Positions 62,195 through 64,000 of a stretch of DNA of 64,000 bases are shown here, one piece after another. The notes under the pieces were generated by a model. It had not been told where the DNA came from, searched no databases, and saw nothing but the letters and a program-made list of their open reading frames with translations. Positions within the stretch are counted from its first letter, which is position 1. The number at the start of each line of letters is the position of its first letter. Source of the DNA: Eledone cirrhosa (Eukaryota); the NCBI GenBank assembly GCA_964016885.1, contig OZ024746.1, positions 82,646,001-82,710,000 on the forward strand, read 5' to 3'. The translations under genes and the position numbers were made by a program.

Positions 62195-62850
62195 GTGGTG
62201 GATTAGCAGTATCGGAAGAGCGTTGGACAACATGCTTTGCGCTATATAGTTACGGCCTTCTACATTCTGAGTTCAAATCCCGCCGAGGTTAACTTTGCCT
62301 TTCATCCTTACATGGTCGATAATATAAAGTACCAGTAATGCACTGGGGTCGATTTAATTGAATTTACACTTAACTTCAAATTGCTGTCCTTGTGCCGAAT
62401 CTAGAAACAGGTATTATTAGTGGGGGTTGTGATGGTTGAGTGACGGAAAGTAGTAAGTATATGATACGTGGTAATAATTGTTTCTACTTTAGGCACAAGG
62501 CCAGCAATTATCCCAGTGCATTACTGGTACTTTATTTTACCGACCCCGAAAGGACGAAAGGCAAAGTCAACCTCGGCGGGATTTGAACTCAGACCGTAAA
62601 GTGCCGTAACTCTATGCTGCTAAGCATGGAGTCCGACCCTCTACCGATACTGCCAACCCATCGCCATTGATAGGTGGTAATAATTGTTTCTACTTTAGGC
62701 ACAAGGCCGGCAATTATCCCAGTGCATTACTGGTACTTTATTTTATCGACCTCGTAAGGATGAAAAGCAAAGTTAACCTCGGCGGGATTTGAACTCAGAT
62801 CGTAAAGGGACGTAACTGTGCTGGAAAGCATGGCGTCCGACTCTCTCAGT
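62195..62850. mobile_element. Three SINE A copies (62195-62410 +, 62480-62665 -, 62684-62850 -)
   Basis: Core and tail; GTGGTAATAAT at 62468 and 62672. Confidence 0.92.
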
Positions 62851-62884
62851 AGCAGTAATAACCCTATTGGTGGAATTAGTATCA

Positions 62885-64000
62885 GTGGTGGTGGTGATGA
62901 TTGTTGTGATGATGATTGTTGTGGTGTTGGTGGTGGTGGTGATTGTTGTGGTGTTGGCGGTGGTGGTGATTGTTGTGATGATGATTGTTGTGGTGATGAT
63001 TGTTGTGGTGATGATGATTGTGGTGGTGTTGGCGGTGGTGGTGATTGTGGTGGTGTTGGCGGTGTTTATAAAAATGATGGCAATAGTGATATATTGTAAT
63101 GAATGTGGTGTTTATGAGGATGTTCGGGAGGTGTTGATGATGATGATGATGTTGGTAATGATGGTGGATGTTGTATTGGTGGTGGTTATGGTGGTAGCAG
63201 TTGTGGTGGTGGTTGTGGCAGTGGTGATTGTGGCGGTGGTGATTGTGGTGGTAGCAGTTGTGGTGGTGGTTGTGGCAGTGGTGGTTGTGGCGGTGGTGGT
63301 TGTGGTGGTAGCAGTTGTGGTGCTGGTTGTGGCGGTGGTGGTTGTGGTGGTGGTTGTGGCGGTGGTGGTTGTGGTGGTGGTTGTGGCGGTGGTGGTTGTG
63401 GTGGTGGTTGTGGCGGTGGTGGTTGTGGTGGTGGTTGTGGTGGTGGTGGTTGTGGTGTTGGTAGTTGTTGTGGTGGTTGTAGTGGTGGTTGTAGTGGTGG
63501 TAGTTGTGTTGGTGGTTGTAGTGGTGGTAGTGGTGGCAGCAGTTGTGATTGTGGTGGTGGTTATTGTGGTGGTGGTTGTGGTTGTGGTGGTGGTTGTGGT
63601 GGTGGTGGTTGTGGTGTTGGTAGTTGTGGTGGTTGTCGTAGATGTGGTGGTGGTTATGGTGGGGATTGTGGTAATAGCAGTTGTGGTGGTAGTTATGGAG
63701 GCGGTTGTGATGGTGGTGGTTGTAGTGGTGGTGGTTATGGTGGTGGTTGTGGTGGTGGTTGTGATGGTGGTGGTTGTGGTGGTGGTAGTTGTTGTGGTGG
63801 TTGTAGTGGTGGTTGTAGTGGTGGTAGTTGTGTTGGTGGTTGTAGTGGTGGTAGTGGTGGCAGCAGTTGTGATTGTGGTGGTGGTTATTGTGGTGGTGGT
63901 TGTGGTTGTGGTGGTGGTTGTGGTGGTGGTGGTTGTGGTGTTGGTAGTTGTGGTGGTTGTCGTAGATGTGGTGGTGGTTATGGTGGGGATTGTGGTAATA
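62885..64000. repeat. (GGT/TGT/AGT)n low-complexity tract with a 324-bp internal duplication
   Basis: CGTAGATGT at 63637 and 63961. Confidence 0.9.

Overview
Eukaryotic, AT-rich DNA saturated with microsatellites. The SINE families and repeat landscape resemble an octopod cephalopod genome (inference from repeat resemblance, not verified). No intact host protein-coding gene or structural RNA gene can be supported; most listed ORFs are translated microsatellites. The window reads as a large intron or gene desert containing: satellites and minisatellites; more than 25 copies of a tRNA-derived SINE, several with target-site duplications (TSDs); decayed LINE fragments (RTE, CRE, R4/Dong); hAT, mariner and Helitron-type non-autonomous elements; and several Penelope-like element (PLE) relics. 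The most notable signal is a set of minimal hammerhead ribozyme (HHR) motifs. Three have intact cores (20297-20341 +, 20541-20580 +, 52551-52586 -) and at least five are degenerate. They lie in PLE terminal repeats, in a discrete ~190-bp microsatellite-embedded element, and as half-motifs inside long fold-back hairpins. Coordinates of diverged elements are approximate, and all family calls come from motif recognition, not database searches.
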